Source of the DNA: Octopus vulgaris
Taxonomy: Eukaryota
Assembly (NCBI GenBank): GCA_951406725.2
Contig: OX597818.1
Location: 117,428,001-117,492,000 of the forward strand
Direction of reading: 5' to 3'
DNA: 64,000 nt
Position 1 is the stretch's first letter; each line of letters opens with the position of its first letter. This document shows positions 1-14,113 of the stretch, piece after piece. Position numbers and translations under genes: made by a program. The notes below the pieces were generated by a model. That model worked only from the letters and a program-made list of their open reading frames with translations, had not been told where the DNA came from and made no database searches.

Positions 1-324
1 GGTGGAGCAGGAGGAAGAGGGGAAGATGAAGAAGAAGGAAGAGAAGATGAAGAAGGAGAAGAAGAAAAAGAAGGAGGAGGGGAAGAAAAAAGAAAGAGGA
101 GGGGAAGAAAAAGAAAATAATAATAATAAGGAGGAGGAGGAGGAGGAGGGCGGAAGAAGAAGGAAGAAGAAAAGAATAAAAGAAGAAGAAGAAGAAGAAG
201 AAGAAGAAGAAGGAGGAGGAGAAGAAAAAAGAAAGAGGAGGGGAAGAAAAAGAAAATAATAATAATAAGGAGGAGGAGGAGGAGGAGGAGGAGGGCGGAA
301 GAAGAAGGAAGAAGAAAAGAATAA

Positions 325-361
<37 letters not shown>

Positions 362-556
362 AGAAGGAGAAGAAAAAAGAAAGAGGAGGGGAGGAAAAAG
401 AAAATAATAATAATAAGGAGGAGGAGGAGGAGGGGGGAAGAAGAAGGAAGAATAAAAGAATAAAAGAAGAAGAAGAAGAAGAAGAAGAAGAAGAAGAAGA
501 AGAAGAAGAAGAAGAAGAAGAAGAAGAAGAAGAAGAACAACAACAACAACAACAAG
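1..556. repeat. Purine-rich compound microsatellite (GAA/GAG/AAT/CAA) with a higher-order unit of about 140-147 bp
   Basis: The motif aaaagaaaataataataataaggaggagg recurs near 108, 247 and 396, followed by pure (GAA)n and (CAA)n. Confidence 0.9.
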
Positions 557-734
557 AAGACAGAAATAAAGACACTCATCATCGTCAGAAGGATTTGTAG
601 TGAGAGTAAGAGAGCCATGGAATGAAGTGTGTGCAATACCGAAGAGTAGTGAACTGCTAATCTGTGTATTGGAAGTGAAGGACTTTGTGTATGTGTGTTC
701 GTTTGTTTGTAGGCGGATGTATGACAGCGTAATA

Positions 735-1205
735 TGATTATATATATGTGTATATGTATATGTATGTATACGCACGCACACGACACATACATACACTCAT
801 GCACACGCACACGACATATACACACACCACATACACACGCCACATACGCACACTCATACGCACGCACAGGACATATACACACTATACACACACCACATAC
901 ACACGCCACACACAAAAACACACACACCACAGAAATACCAAACACACCACAGAAATACCAAACACACCCCACACACATCACACGAACACACTCTACACGA
1001 CACATATCCCACAGACACATACACACGACACACCACACAAACATACAAACCACACACACACAGCACACACCACAAACACCACACATACATCACACAAATA
1101 CACACTCCACACACATACACACACCACACACCACACATGTATACACACGACATAAACACATGCCACATACACACACAGACATATATACATAAAGCCACAT
1201 ATATA
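735..1205. repeat. Degenerate (CA)n/(TA)n low-complexity tract
   Basis: Direct inspection. The His/Thr-rich and Val/Cys-rich ORFs are its translation. Confidence 0.9.
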
Positions 1206-1210
1206 TAGTT

Positions 1211-1457
1211 GGAGATGTGGCTGTGTGGTAAGAAGTTTAATATGAGTCGCATGAGGTGGCACCTTGAGCAAGTCCCTTCTAGTATGCTTAGCGGTATTTC
1301 GCCCGCAGCTACGTTCTGAATTCAAATTCGGCCGAGGTCGACTTTGCCTTTCATCCTTTCGGGGTTGATAAATTAAGTACCAGTGGAACACTGAGGTCGA
1401 CCTAATTGACTTATCCCTCCTCAAAAACTGCTGCCCTTGTGGAAAAATTTGAAACCC
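1211..1457 (+). mobile_element. Head of SINE family B joined to a 5'-truncated SINE family A copy
   Basis: gtggctgtgtggtaag...caccttgagcaagt (B head), then gcttagcggtatttcg...gtcgactttgcctttcatcctttcgggg...aagtaccag (A body). Confidence 0.8.
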
Positions 1458-3426
1458 TTAATGATTTAATGCTATAGTAACAAGGAAGTAGAAGAAGAAA
1501 AAAAAAGATATTAAAAGAATGTAAGATTTAAATGTTTTTAAAGAGATTTTATCTTCAGGTTATTTGCACTGACCTTGAACTTGTAGGAAGAGTGGCTAGA
1601 GTAAATAAAATCACAACAAACATATCCGGTTGTCAAATTTAAACTACAGGTATGCAATTTTGACAATGAAAGAATTTTGACTTTGCTAAAAATAAACGAG
1701 TATGTTTGACGCCATAAATGAATGGGAAAGGAAGTTTTATGGTCGGCTTACAACACGTTTAAATTAAAATGTAGTACAAACACTTAGTGGTTGCATAGCT
1801 CCAAATAAATGGCAAATAAAAATTCAGAGGGTCTGCTGCATCAGAATATAAATATGGTTTATGTGTGTTGATTTCATAGTGTTTTATATTTTTATAAAGG
1901 AATGAGAGATATGTGGATATGTGGATATCAATATCTCTAGCGGCAGATTTGAGCGACTCTCAAAGGAAAAGGGGAAAAAAAAGTAAAGACGTGTTTCAGC
2001 TTTGACAAGGTAACTGATACTTTATAACTGAATCAAAATGTTGATTGTTGATTTCTTTTCTTTTTTTGACAAATATTATTGTAGATGCAGCTAAGAATGC
2101 TCTAATTTAATATTTACTGAGCAAATATCTGGTAGCAGAGTTGAAAGGTTCCTTGTGGACTTTGAATGACATTAATCCTTCAGGTTTCATCTAGGTCTCT
2201 GCTCTGGTGTCTAACGTTATGTTATATGCTATTTTGCTTTATCATTCATGCTATTGAAAGTATGTATGCTAGTTTATGTATAGAATTGGGTTTACGCTGT
2301 TCCTTACTTACTCGTCATGTTAATTTATATTTCCACGTTTGTCTTAGCCATGCTAGAAAAAATAAGCTTTTGATAGATTTCCAAAAATGTCTAAAGTCAG
2401 ATTAAATAATAGTCGGAAGAGCCTAGGGCTCTTACGGAGCTTAACGCTCGAAGGGTATAAGAATGATAGGGTTCTAAGTTATTAATCCTTGATTGTTAAT
2501 CTCACATTTTGATGTTTTTGTAGTATGTAACTCCGTTTATATCTGAGCCATGAAAATATATTCAACACTGTACACAAGAGATTTTCTCAATATTCTCGTG
2601 AATTTTCTTCGTTTAAATCTTTTCTGGTGGAATTTTTGTAAATACAACAAAATATACAACTATTTACATTGACATATTAAATATGCTCATGGAGAGTGCT
2701 AGAAAGCTTGTTTTAATATATCCTTGACCGAGGTTAACATCTTAAATACACCAAAAAAGGATTTCGTGGACGAAAACGGAAACACAATTAGACAATTCTC
2801 AAGAAAGCAGAGTGGACTCATCAGAGACGGCATCTTTTTTTTTTACAACCAGAACAAGGATGTTACTAATATGCAATCATGGTATCAGGGAGTGTATTAA
2901 AGAGAAAATTATGTATTTGTACGTATAGAAATTCATTGTCGTTTAATACACTTTTAGGAGTATAAGTCTGCATACCTTACATTAGAATATTTTCTATCAA
3001 GCAAATACCAAATATGCTAATCCGAAATTTTTATAATTCTCTCCCTTATATCTCACCTTACGCATTATTAGTATCGTTCTGATTGAATAAAAATAGCGCC
3101 GCTGATGAAAGGATAATAAATACAGATTTAAGTTTGATGATGCACAGTTTAGTTTGAATAATTTTCACGTATCTTAAATTTTGCTGTTTATTGACTGTCT
3201 TAATCTTTTCTATGAAAAACATACCCATTCATTCATACACACACACACATATATACAGAGAGTGAAAGAGAGAGAAAGAGAAAGCGAGTGAGAGGGAAAG
3301 AAGGAGAAAGCGAGTATGAGGGAAAGAAAGAGAGAGAAACAGATAAATAGAAAGGGTTAGATATAGAAATAATAAGAGTCAATTCCGAGCACACTCTTCT
3401 GTAAGTGGTAAAAGCGGAAGAAAATG

Positions 3427-3685
3427 CAGCAATCCCTCGCCATATCGCGGTTCACATATCGCGCTTCACCTATCGCGGTTCACCTATCACGATATATCAT
3501 TTAAGCTTACGTCGATTCCTCCGTGGTGTTGTTTTGCATTTATAATAAAATATATATATACACTTTATAATAATAATAATAATAATAATAATAATCATAC
3601 AGTACAGTACTGTTTCTCTTTCGCGGATTTTCACCTATCGCGGTGGGGTTTGGAATACACACCCGCGATAGTCGACGGATTACTG
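3427..3685. mobile_element. MITE, Tc1/mariner-pogo(Tigger)-like
   Basis: Termini cagcaatccctcg...cgacggattactg are inverted repeats. Internal atcgcggttcacct repeats. Ends of the same family occur at 56196-56606. Confidence 0.75.
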
Positions 3686-3844
3686 AATTCCTAACAAAGG
3701 ATTATAAGAGCATTAATTGAAGTATATCTCTTGGTAAACAAAAGAAAACAGAAAATCCGAGCGTCAGATGTTTTCTGAATAAATACTACATACACACAAA
3801 CACACACAAACGTTATATGTGTGTGTGAGATATATATATATATC

Positions 3845-4433
3845 AACACATAAGAAGTATCCGTCACAAGATTCCTGGCAAGCTAGAATGAGATGCCAAA
3901 GTCCAAACTACTATTAGGGATGAGACTTCGAAGGGAATGAAAAATAAAAACATTTCCCATCTCTCTCCTGGACCATGGTTCCTGACTTTTTTAGCAAATA
4001 AAATAATTTGCTAGGCGAAGTCTTCATCAACAGGTACACCTAGATTAAACATATAAGTACGAAGCAATCCAGAATGCGCCTCATGCTTATACATTATAAT
4101 TTCTCAAATTCACCGCGCAAACGCAGTTGTTTGTCGGCGGCAAAACTATAATACCGGCGTTACTTCAAAAATTTTCCAGAAAAAATTATCAATAATTAAT
4201 AATATCAGGGTAATAAATATTTTAGAAATTTTTACTACCAGTGGCCTAGCGTGTAGAAAAATTAGTCAATAGACTATATAATACAGTGTACATATAAATA
4301 TAGTTTTCATTAAATTTTTTTTTTTTTCATTCCCTTCGAAGTTTTATCCCTAGTGGTTTGGACTTCGGCTGTTCCTTCTAGCATGCCAGGAATGCTATGA
4401 CGGATACCTCTTTATGTGTTTCAATATACACTG
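3845..4433. mobile_element. Non-autonomous DNA transposon with imperfect TIRs of about 100 bp
   Basis: Left arm aacacataagaagtatccgtcac...cttcgaagggaatgaaaaa (3845-3945) is the reverse complement of right arm ttttcattcccttcgaag...tgacggatacctctttatgtgtt (about 4322-4420). The right end is CTG followed by TA. Confidence 0.8.
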
Positions 4434-4448
4434 TATATATATATATAT

Positions 4449-4514
<66 letters not shown>

Positions 4515-4530
4515 GGATAGATAGATAGAT
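4434..4530. repeat. (TA)n(GATA)n microsatellite
   Basis: Direct inspection. Confidence 0.95.
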
Positions 4531-4911
4531 GCAATATGCATTCATATGTATGTTTGTATAGTCACATACATGCATGCATACACAAGCAGACGCATCTGGA
4601 TGGAACGAGAGGCAGCGAATGGAAGGGGTTGTCCTTAAATGCGTAATTCCATATTTCAGCTTGAGAGAAATGTGATAAAAATCTGAGCAACAGACGGAAT
4701 GTCTCTGCAGGGAGCCCTAAATATTTTTGTTAGGGTGTGTAAGAGAAAATGTCTCCTTGGGGTCAAGAATAATAAAGAGATTACATTAAAAAGGATGAGG
4801 GTGGGAGAGAAAACGGAAACTGAACTAAGAGTGTTATGAAATTATTATAACACATAAGAGGAGAAAAGGAAATAGAAAATTTGGGGAGGGTCACACTCAA
4901 CGCCGTTTCGT

Positions 4912-5066
4912 TTGCTGTTGTTGTTGTTGTTGTTGTGGTGGTGGTGGTGGTGGTGGTGGTGGTGGTGTTTGTTGCTGTTGTTGTTAATTCTTACTTTTGA
5001 TATTGTTTCACGTTTTATCATCGTCGTAGTCGTCATCGTCATCATCACCATCATCATCACAACCAC

Positions 5067-5128
<62 letters not shown>

Positions 5129-5316
5129 CTGATGTTGTTGCTTTAGTTTTTATTACTGTTGTTGTTATCATCATTCTCGTCATGATGTTATTGTTATTAC
5201 AACGAGGATGATGATGATGATGATGAAGGTGATGATGATGATGATGATGGTGATGATCACGGTGATGATAATAACGTTGATGATAGTGAGGAGGACCAGG
5301 AGGTGGTAGTAGTAAC

Positions 5317-5374
<58 letters not shown>

Positions 5375-6047
5375 AGTAGGTGGAGGAGGAGGAGCGAGTT
5401 GATTGCGTTGACCGTGGGCTGGTAATTGTAACCATGTTGGCTGGTTCTCGTGCCTCTTGTTGCATTTAACCGTTTGCTGTTCCCGTTGATTTTGGGCGGC
5501 GGTGGCGGTGGTAGAAAAGATGTTGATTGTAATTGTGTTATTATTGTTGTTGTTGATGGTGGTGGTGCTGGTGGTGGTGGTGATGTTCTTGTTGTTGGTG
5601 GTGATGGTGGTGATGTTGGTGGTGGTGGTGGTAATGGTGGCGATGTTTTTGTTGTTGTTGTTGGTGGTGTTGTTGTTGGTGGTGTTGTTGTTGTTGGTGG
5701 TGATGCTGGTGATGTTGTTGTTGGTGGTGGTGATGGTGGAAAAGATGTTGATGGTACCGGTGTTGTTGTTGTTGTTGTTGGTTGTGGTGACGGTGGTGAA
5801 AGTGGTGGTTGTGGCGGTTGTAGTGGAGGTGGTGGAAAAGATGATGGTAAGAGTGTTGTTGGGGGGGGGGGGGGGTAGTGGTGGTAGTGGTGGTAGTGGT
5901 GATGGTGGTGCTGATGGTTGTGATTCTAGCAGTTTCGGTATTGGCAATGATGGTTGCTGTCCCTTGGTGACAGAGACACAGAGCTGCTGCTTAAAGAATT
6001 ATGTAATGCGTATTATTGTTGTTGTTGCTGTTGTTGTTGTTGTTGCT
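4912..6047. repeat. Compound trinucleotide microsatellite block (GTT, GGT, CAT, GAT, TAG)
   Basis: Successive triplet tracts that give homopolymeric ORFs on both strands. Confidence 0.9.
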
Positions 6048-6299
6048 GGAGTGGTTTAGCTCTAGGACAGGTCTCCTCGATCAAACATTTGATCGAAGGT
6101 GCTCCAACCTTCATCATATCATCAATTCCCAGGAACTCATTATTCGATGTGCTCCGCGTTTAGATTGAGATTTCGCCGTTAAACCTGGCAAATCGATTGC
6201 CCTCGTGGGACAGAGTCCAATTAGCTGGTGCAGTGATGTTAATCGTTAAAAAATCTGTGAAGCTACGCTAAAAGCCATCGTCGATCACCTTCAGCTAGC

Positions 6300-6748
6300 T
6301 TTTATCACTTGTCTTTTACTTGTTTCAGGCATTGGACTGCGGTCATGCTGGAGCAATGCCTTGGAGAGTCAATCACACGAATCAATCGACCCCAGTACTT
6401 ATCTGTTTTTAAAACCTGGTAATTATATCGGTCACTTATGCCGGACGGGTATGTTAAGGGGACGTAAACGCACGAACACTGGTTATCAAGTGGTGTTGGG
6501 GTGAGTGGTGGTGGTACAAACACAGACACCAAGATACACACACACTCATACACGCACACACGCACACACACACATATATACATTCATACAACGGTTTTTT
6601 TCTCAGTTTCCGTCTACCAAATCCACTCACACAGCTGTGGACGTCTCGAGCCTATAGTAGAAGACATTTCCCTATGTGCCACTCAGAGAGACTGAACCCG
6701 GAACTATGTGGTTGGGGGCTAACTTCTTACCACACAGCCACACCAGCG
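6300..6748 (-). mobile_element. SINE family B (tRNA-derived, CORE-like, bipartite with internal microsatellite)
   Basis: Reverse complement of the head gtggctgtgtggtaagaag, B-box ggttcagtc and tail gactgaaacaagtaaaag. Confidence 0.85.
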
Positions 6749-7644
6749 TGAATATAGACGAAATCTATCGATCAACTGATCGTATTAGATTTATCAATCT
6801 TCATGGTTTTTTATATATAAGTATATTATATAATATAAATATATAATATAATATAAGTATATTATATTATATAATATAATTATATTACATTATATAAATA
6901 TATAATATAATGTCTGTTATATAATAAGTATAGTATATAAGTATATTATTGTAGCTAGTACACAGTATCGATGTGGATGGTTTCAATAGATATTTACACA
7001 GATTTTCAATTGAATTCCTATCAGATACCACACCGCGTCCATGACCCAATAAAAGAGCGGCAAAAAAAAAAACCCATTGAGTTAATTTAATAAAGTGTAT
7101 TCATCGAATGCTTCTCATTAAGTATAAAACCTATATTACATAGATTCCAAATAATGGTTAGTTGAAAAGGCTTTAGAATTAGAAGCGAACTGCATTGTGT
7201 TTCGTGAAGAATCGAAGACAAAAATGCATATAAAAGTGTTATTTTACTGTCTTCGAAAGGAATCAGTGAAAGCGACAGTTATAGAACAATACAACGGACA
7301 ATAAACTATACATTGTGTTGTAATAATATAATGCAGTACTCCGTTGACAAGAATGTTAGTTATGTTCAGTAGATGTCTCAAAGTCAGTAGCATTTCGCCC
7401 CTTAGTCATTTCGCTTCGCCTGAGAGCAGCAGTAAAGACTGAAATAGCCTTCGCCTACAGAAGAGTTCCTTCTGCGGTCTCTTTTCAACCACAAGCACCT
7501 TGAACTTGTCTTATCTGTCACGGTTATCTCCATCGTGGTTTTCTGTTGCCTCGGGGAATGAGTTTACATGCTGTCCTTTAACAAGAGGCCTATCAATCAA
7601 GTAGAGATATTTGGTAACTTCAATTGGTACATTACACTACCATG

Positions 7645-8019
7645 CTTTCGTAGTAAAGATTGTTTGCCAACATAACATGGCAGTCCTTGTTTAGGACTAA
7701 AGTTGCTGTAATTTTAGCCCCAGGGAACATCGTCTCCAGCTGGCTATACATGATCTGTGTCCTTATATTTTCGAACAAGGGAATCTAGTATCCCCACTCA
7801 GCTCAAAACAATATCTGTGCATCCCGATTTCTGGGTTATTTGTCTTCATCAGCACAGAATAATTACTCGGCTAGAGGTGGCGCCTGCCAAATTCCTGTTC
7901 GAAATATTTAGTTTTCAAACTGACATCTAGTCACTGATTTATAAATATTCAGCAACAGTACTTTCGAGTAAAGATTGTTTGCCAACATAACATGGCAGTC
8001 CTGGTTTAGGACGAATGTT
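7645..8019 (-). mobile_element. 315-bp direct-repeat unit carrying a degenerate hammerhead (retrozyme-like or Penelope pseudo-LTR)
   Basis: Direct repeat of about 59 bp at 7645-7704 and 7961-8019. Minus-strand CTGATGA...GAAA is flanked by tctgtg/cacaga at 7814-7858. Confidence 0.55.
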
Positions 8020-8727
8020 TATGGATTTCAAAAACACTCGAGTGATACAGTGTCGACTAATTATCGTTATAATCTCTTCATATTGAATCATCTCAGCTAT
8101 TTTTATTAGATATGCAAGACGCTGCTGTTAAGGTTTATCGTATTCAGAACTCTCCTTGAGTTCGTTTCCCACACTATTATTATTATTAATATTCATAAGT
8201 GACACTATGCTGCTCTATTTGTATGTATTCCAATCATCTCCAAGCCTTGCTTAGTACAAAATCCTTTTCTCAGGAGATACAATACGACCGAAGCATACAC
8301 GTTTCCGTCCAGCTTTAAAGGAAAATGACATTTTTTTGATACATTATCTGAAAGATACAAAGATTTTAACGCTGTTGAGCTTATTACATTTATCTCACTT
8401 GTTCGTCGATATTAAAACTTAAACTCTGCTAGAGGAAGTTATCGATTGCATGGGTAATCTCGATTAATCATAATTTTTTAAATAAGTATTTCTTTCGTTT
8501 TCCTTTTAAAATCTCAATATTACATAACTGATATCCCATCATAGGCGTATGCGGAACCTTCCTCTTATTGGTAGTTCTGTTTATATAACAACTGGTACAT
8601 TCATCGCTAAAAACGACGGAAGATCAATTTACTACTCTTATTTAAATGAAAACATTGATGAATATATATATACGCTGAAGAAACACACACGCACACACCT
8701 AAATACATTTAGATATATACATATAAT

Positions 8728-8780
<53 letters not shown>

Positions 8781-8809
8781 GTATGCATTTATGTATGTAT
8801 ATATATATT

Positions 8810-9229
8810 ATTCTTTTATTCTTTTATTTGTTTTCAGTCATTTGACTGAGGCCATGCTGGAGCACCACCTTTAGTCGAGCAAATCGACCCCAGGACTTAT
8901 TCTTTCTAAGGCGGGTATTCATTGTATCGGATTCTCTTGCCGAACCGCTAAGTGACGGGGGTGTAAACACACCAGCATTGGTTGTCAAGCGATGTTGGGG
9001 GTGGGGGGTGGGGCAAACTTAGACACACAAACATACAACGTACACACATATATTATATATATATATATATATGACGGGCTTCTTTCAGTTTCCGTCTACC
9101 AAATCCACTCACAAGGCTTTGGTCGGCACGAGCCTATTGTAGAAGATACTTGCCCAAGGTGCCACGCGGTGGGACAGCATCCAGAACCATGTGGCTGGTA
9201 AGCAAGCTACTTACCACACAGCCACTCCT
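8810..9229 (-). mobile_element. SINE family B, full length
   Basis: Matches the other B copies (e.g. 12674-13070) in reverse complement. Confidence 0.9.
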
Positions 9230-9564
9230 ATATATAATATATATGTATACATACACCCATATATATACGTGTGTGTGTGTGTGTTTGTGTCTGTGTGTAT
9301 GTTCGTTTATTACTGAAACAAATAAAAGATATACGTCAATATATATATATACATATATATATACATACACACACATACATATATACATATACATATATAT
9401 GTATATATATATATACATTCATACAATCCATACATACACACACCCGTATATGTGAGTGTGCAACCTACGGTTTTCAAGATAATATCTGAGTTTGTTTTTA
9501 AATGTTTTTTTTTTTTCCACTCGCAAGGAATATCGTTTCAATGGCGCTGCTTGGTGAGCGTGTG

Positions 9565-9611
<47 letters not shown>

Positions 9612-10184
9612 CAGTGGCTGCTTGCGCGTGCGTGCGTGCCAGCTTGCGTCCGAGTGTGTGTGTGTATGTGTGTGTGTGGGTGGGCGGGTGTGTGTGTACG
9701 CGCGTGCGAAAGTGGTTCGTGAATGGTGTTGTATTTATCATTCTTGTGTTTGGGTGACGGGAGGAGGACATGAGCCTGATGACGCAAATGGCTGTTGGGT
9801 GAGGTGGGCGTGGGGGGAGGGAAGCAGTGCGTGGATAAGTACGGCGGAACGTATTACTGAAATATCAATAAAGTGAAATTTATGAATGAACAAATGGACG
9901 AAGGAGAAAAAATCAATCAATGAATGAAATTAATGAATGGAATAAAGCAATCGCAGAGTAACACGTCAGTTTCACTATAGTTTAGAAGTGTGAGAAAGAC
10001 AGATCGATTAACTGGTCAATATATAAATATATAGGCGTGAGCGTATATGCGTGCAAGCTTGTGGGAATATGTGTGTATAATATATGTATATACATACGTA
10101 CATATACATATATATATATATACATACATATATATACATACACACACAGACAGACAGACACACACACACATATATATGTTTTTA

Positions 10185-10397
10185 TACTTTTATTCTTTTA
10201 CTTGTTTCAGTCAGTTGACTGCGGCCATCCTGGAGCACCACCTTTAGTCGAGCAGATCGACCCCAGGACTTATTCTTTGTAAGCCTGGTGCTTATTCTGT
10301 CGGTCTTTTAGGCCGAACCGCTAAGTTACGGTCCCGTAAACGCACCAGCATCGGTTGCCAATCGATGTTGGGGGGACGGGGAACAAATACAGATACA

Positions 10398-10486
<89 letters not shown>

Positions 10487-10648
10487 GACGGGCTTCTTTC
10501 AGTTTCCGTTTTCCAAATCCACTCACAAGGCTTTGGTCAGCCCGAGGCTATAGTAGAAGACACTTGCCCAAAGTGTCACGGAGTGGGATTGAACCTGGAA
10601 CCATGTGTTTAGAAAGCAAGCTACTTACAACACAACCACTCCTGCGCC
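10185..10648 (-). mobile_element. SINE family B, full length
   Basis: Same modules, with expanded internal (CA)n(TA)n. Confidence 0.9.
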
Positions 10649-10837
10649 TATATACATACATACACACACACACACACATATATATATATACATACATACA
10701 CACACATATAGATATATGTATGTATATATGTATACACACAGAATACACAAATATAAACATATAGAGACAGAATATCATATACATGCATTTATCAGATGCG
10801 TTTATATATTTGATTGTACTTATATATATATATATGC

Positions 10838-11087
10838 TTTTCTTGTTTCAGTCGTTAGAATGCGACCATGCTGGGTACCAGTAATTATCTTTTTATAACC
10901 TGGCACTTAAGCTACCGTCCCTTTTGTCGCTAAGTTACGGGAACACAGTTGTGAAGGGGTGCTTGGGAACAAACACAGTCACACGAGCATACAGATGTAA
11001 ACACACCAACATCGGTTGTCAAGCGGTTGTGTCGCGGGGGGGGGGGGGCACAAACACGCAAACACACACACGCACACACACATACAG

Positions 11088-11137
<50 letters not shown>

Positions 11138-11298
11138 CATAAGCTTCTTTCAGTTTCCATTTACTTAATCTACTCAGACAACTTTGGTGGGAGCCGAGGC
11201 TATAGCATAATACACTGGTCCAGTGTGCCACGGAATGGGATTGAACACGGGACCAGTTGATTAGGGAGCGAATTTCTTGGAACACAGCCACGCCTGCG
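10838..11298 (-). mobile_element. SINE family B, diverged
   Basis: cttgtttcagtcgttagaatgcgaccatgctgg...acacagccacgcctgcg. Confidence 0.8.
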
Positions 11299-11573
11299 AC
11301 TATATATGCACACACACACACACACGCACACACACACATATATATATGTGTGTGTGCGTGTGTGCATATGTGTGTGCATGTGTGCACTAATATATATATG
11401 CATGTGGGTACGTGTGTATATATCTATGTGTGTGTGTAAATGACATACGTACACACACAAGAAACAACGCCAGGGATATAACGAAGCACAACAGCAGACA
11501 GAGAGAGAGAGTTAGGCAGACAGACAGAGAGACCAGTTGACAGACACATAGACGGAGATAGATAGATAGATAA

Positions 11574-11637
<64 letters not shown>

Positions 11638-12550
11638 TTAGCGGGTGGAGAGGTATTCAGTGGTAGACGGGACATAGTAAAGAGAGGGGAAATGGATTAG
11701 ATGTCGATGTTTCAATCCTTGTAGTTGTTAATGCCGCAGTTAAACGTAACACCGACGAAAGGCATTCCAGCCGCGACCACGCCGCCGTTTTACTATGCAG
11801 TGCAAACCCACGACAACAACATCCGACGTTTTCTTTTCTAAGCTAAGTGGTATGGTAAGAATTTGGCTGTTATTTCTAACATGTCGAGCGACTTCATAGA
11901 AACACAGGCAGCGAGAGAGAGTGAGGGCGAGGAAGAGAGAGAGAGAGAGTTAGAAGGACACAGAGTTTGTGAGGGAAGGGAGAAAGCGAGAGGGAGGTGG
12001 GGCTCCTTAGTCAAACTGTCACACACGCACACACGCGCGCGCAGAACCAGTCTGCAATCAGATACGGATTGGAGTGGAAACGGAAACGGTTTTAGGAAGA
12101 CAGAGGGGGCGAGAAAGAAGAATGATAGTAGGCAGAGAAAGAAGGGAGAGACAGAAAGAAAGAGAGAGAGAAGAGAGAAAGAGAGACAGAGACAGACAGA
12201 GAAAGAGATGGATAGAGAGAGAGCGAGTGAGGGAAGTAAAGTTTGGAACTGATATATTGACAATAAAACGGAAAGAGATAGAGATAGACAGACAGATAGA
12301 TAAATAGATAGATAGATAGATAGTGAGAAGGAAGGAGACAGAGAGAGAGTTTGTGTATCTGTGTGTAAGAGAGGAAAGAAAATGGAATGGAACTTGACGA
12401 AAATATTTTTGTTAGACTATACGTAGATACGAACACATACAGAGACATACACAGACAATCGCACAAACACACACACACGTAGAAACATACACACGCAGGA
12501 AAAATACACACACACACACATGCGACAACTTGTATATGTACAATACAAAA

Positions 12551-12581
<31 letters not shown>

Positions 12582-12673
12582 TGTATGTATGTATGTATGT
12601 ATGTATGTATGTATGTCTGTCTGTCTGTATGTATGTATGTATGTATGTATGTATGTATGTATATATATATATA

Positions 12674-13070
12674 GGAGTGGCTGTGTGGTAAGTAGCTTGC
12701 TTACGAACTACATGGTTCTGGGTTCAGTCCCACTGCGTGGCACCTTCGGCAAGTGTCTTCTACTATAGCCTCGGGCCGACCAAAGCCTTGTGAGTGGATT
12801 TGGTAGACGGAAACTGAAAGAAGCCTGTTGTATATATGTATATATTTATATATGTGTGTGCGTGTATGTTTGTGTGTCTGTGTTTGTCCCCCTAGCATTG
12901 CTTGACAACCGATGCTCTGTGTGTTTATGTCCCCGCCACTTAGCGGTTCGGCAAAAGTGACCGATAGAATAAGTACTGGGCTTACAAAGAATAAGTGCCG
13001 GGGTCGAGTTGCTCGATTAAAGGCGGTGCTCCAGCATGGCCACAGTCAAATGACTGAAACAAGTAAAAAG
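12674..13070 (+). mobile_element. SINE family B, reference copy
   Basis: A-box-like tggctgtgtggtaag, B-box-like ggttcagtccc, CORE-like caccttcggcaagtgtcttctactatagcctcggg, then (TA)/(TG), a second module and tail aagtaaaaag. Confidence 0.9.
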
Positions 13071-13071
13071 A

Positions 13072-13102
<31 letters not shown>

Positions 13103-13309
13103 TGTGTGTGTGTGTGTGTGTGTAGACGTGTATAAGTAAACTTACATAAATAAACACACTGCCAGATACAAGCGCATAGTTATATATTCATACACATACA
13201 CACGAAAGCAACACGTGTGAAAAACAAACGGTGCAAATAAGCCGATATATACGTACGTTTCCTTCCCTCTCTCTCTCCCTCTCTGTATATATCTCTATCC
13301 ATCTATCTA

Positions 13310-13400
<91 letters not shown>

Positions 13401-13452
13401 ATATCAAAACAAAGGTGTTGTTATGGTGCAAGATCGTTGTGCTCGACGCACA

Positions 13453-13486
<34 letters not shown>

Positions 13487-13789
13487 CGTGTGCGTGTGAC
13501 TGTGTTTACAGACATACACTCACTCACACATTCGTCCATGCATGCATGCTTCCGTCCATCCATCCATCCAGTAACGTGGATAAAACACCGGTTGAATAAT
13601 GACAAATATGATAGATTAATTAACAAAATAATCATATACTATCACTAATATATGGTACCGATTATACGCGATTAATAATAAAATATATATACACAAAACC
13701 TGAAATGAAATCACACAAGAAAAAGCATAAAAAATATATATATAAACCATTACAAATTAAATATGAAATATACATACATACATACATAC

Positions 13790-13842
<53 letters not shown>

Positions 13843-13949
13843 GTAAGCAAAAAAAAAAAGTCCGAACTTACCCCCTTCATAAATAATAATAACATAGATA
13901 CATAAAATATATAAATCAAAACAACCACTACACAAATGCTTCTGCTGGT

Positions 13950-14082
13950 ACTACTACTACTACTACAACTACTACTACTACTAGTAGTAGTAGTAGTAAT
14001 AGTAGTACAACCGCTGCCGCTGCCCGTCAACCTCCGTCCCTCGTTGATTACAATGCCGACCTCCACCCCTCCAACACCAGCG

Positions 14083-14113
<31 letters not shown>

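Noticed and set aside
1559-1649. Exon-like segment between ttcag| and |gtatgc
   Set aside because: It has stops in all three frames and no other support.
2703-2900. Stop-free frame of about 65 codons (KACFNISLTEV...QGVY)
   Set aside because: No start codon, no good splice acceptor and no recognisable domain.
4845-6059. Long ORFs of up to 255 aa
   Set aside because: They are homopolymeric translations of triplet microsatellites, open in several frames on both strands, with no domain content.
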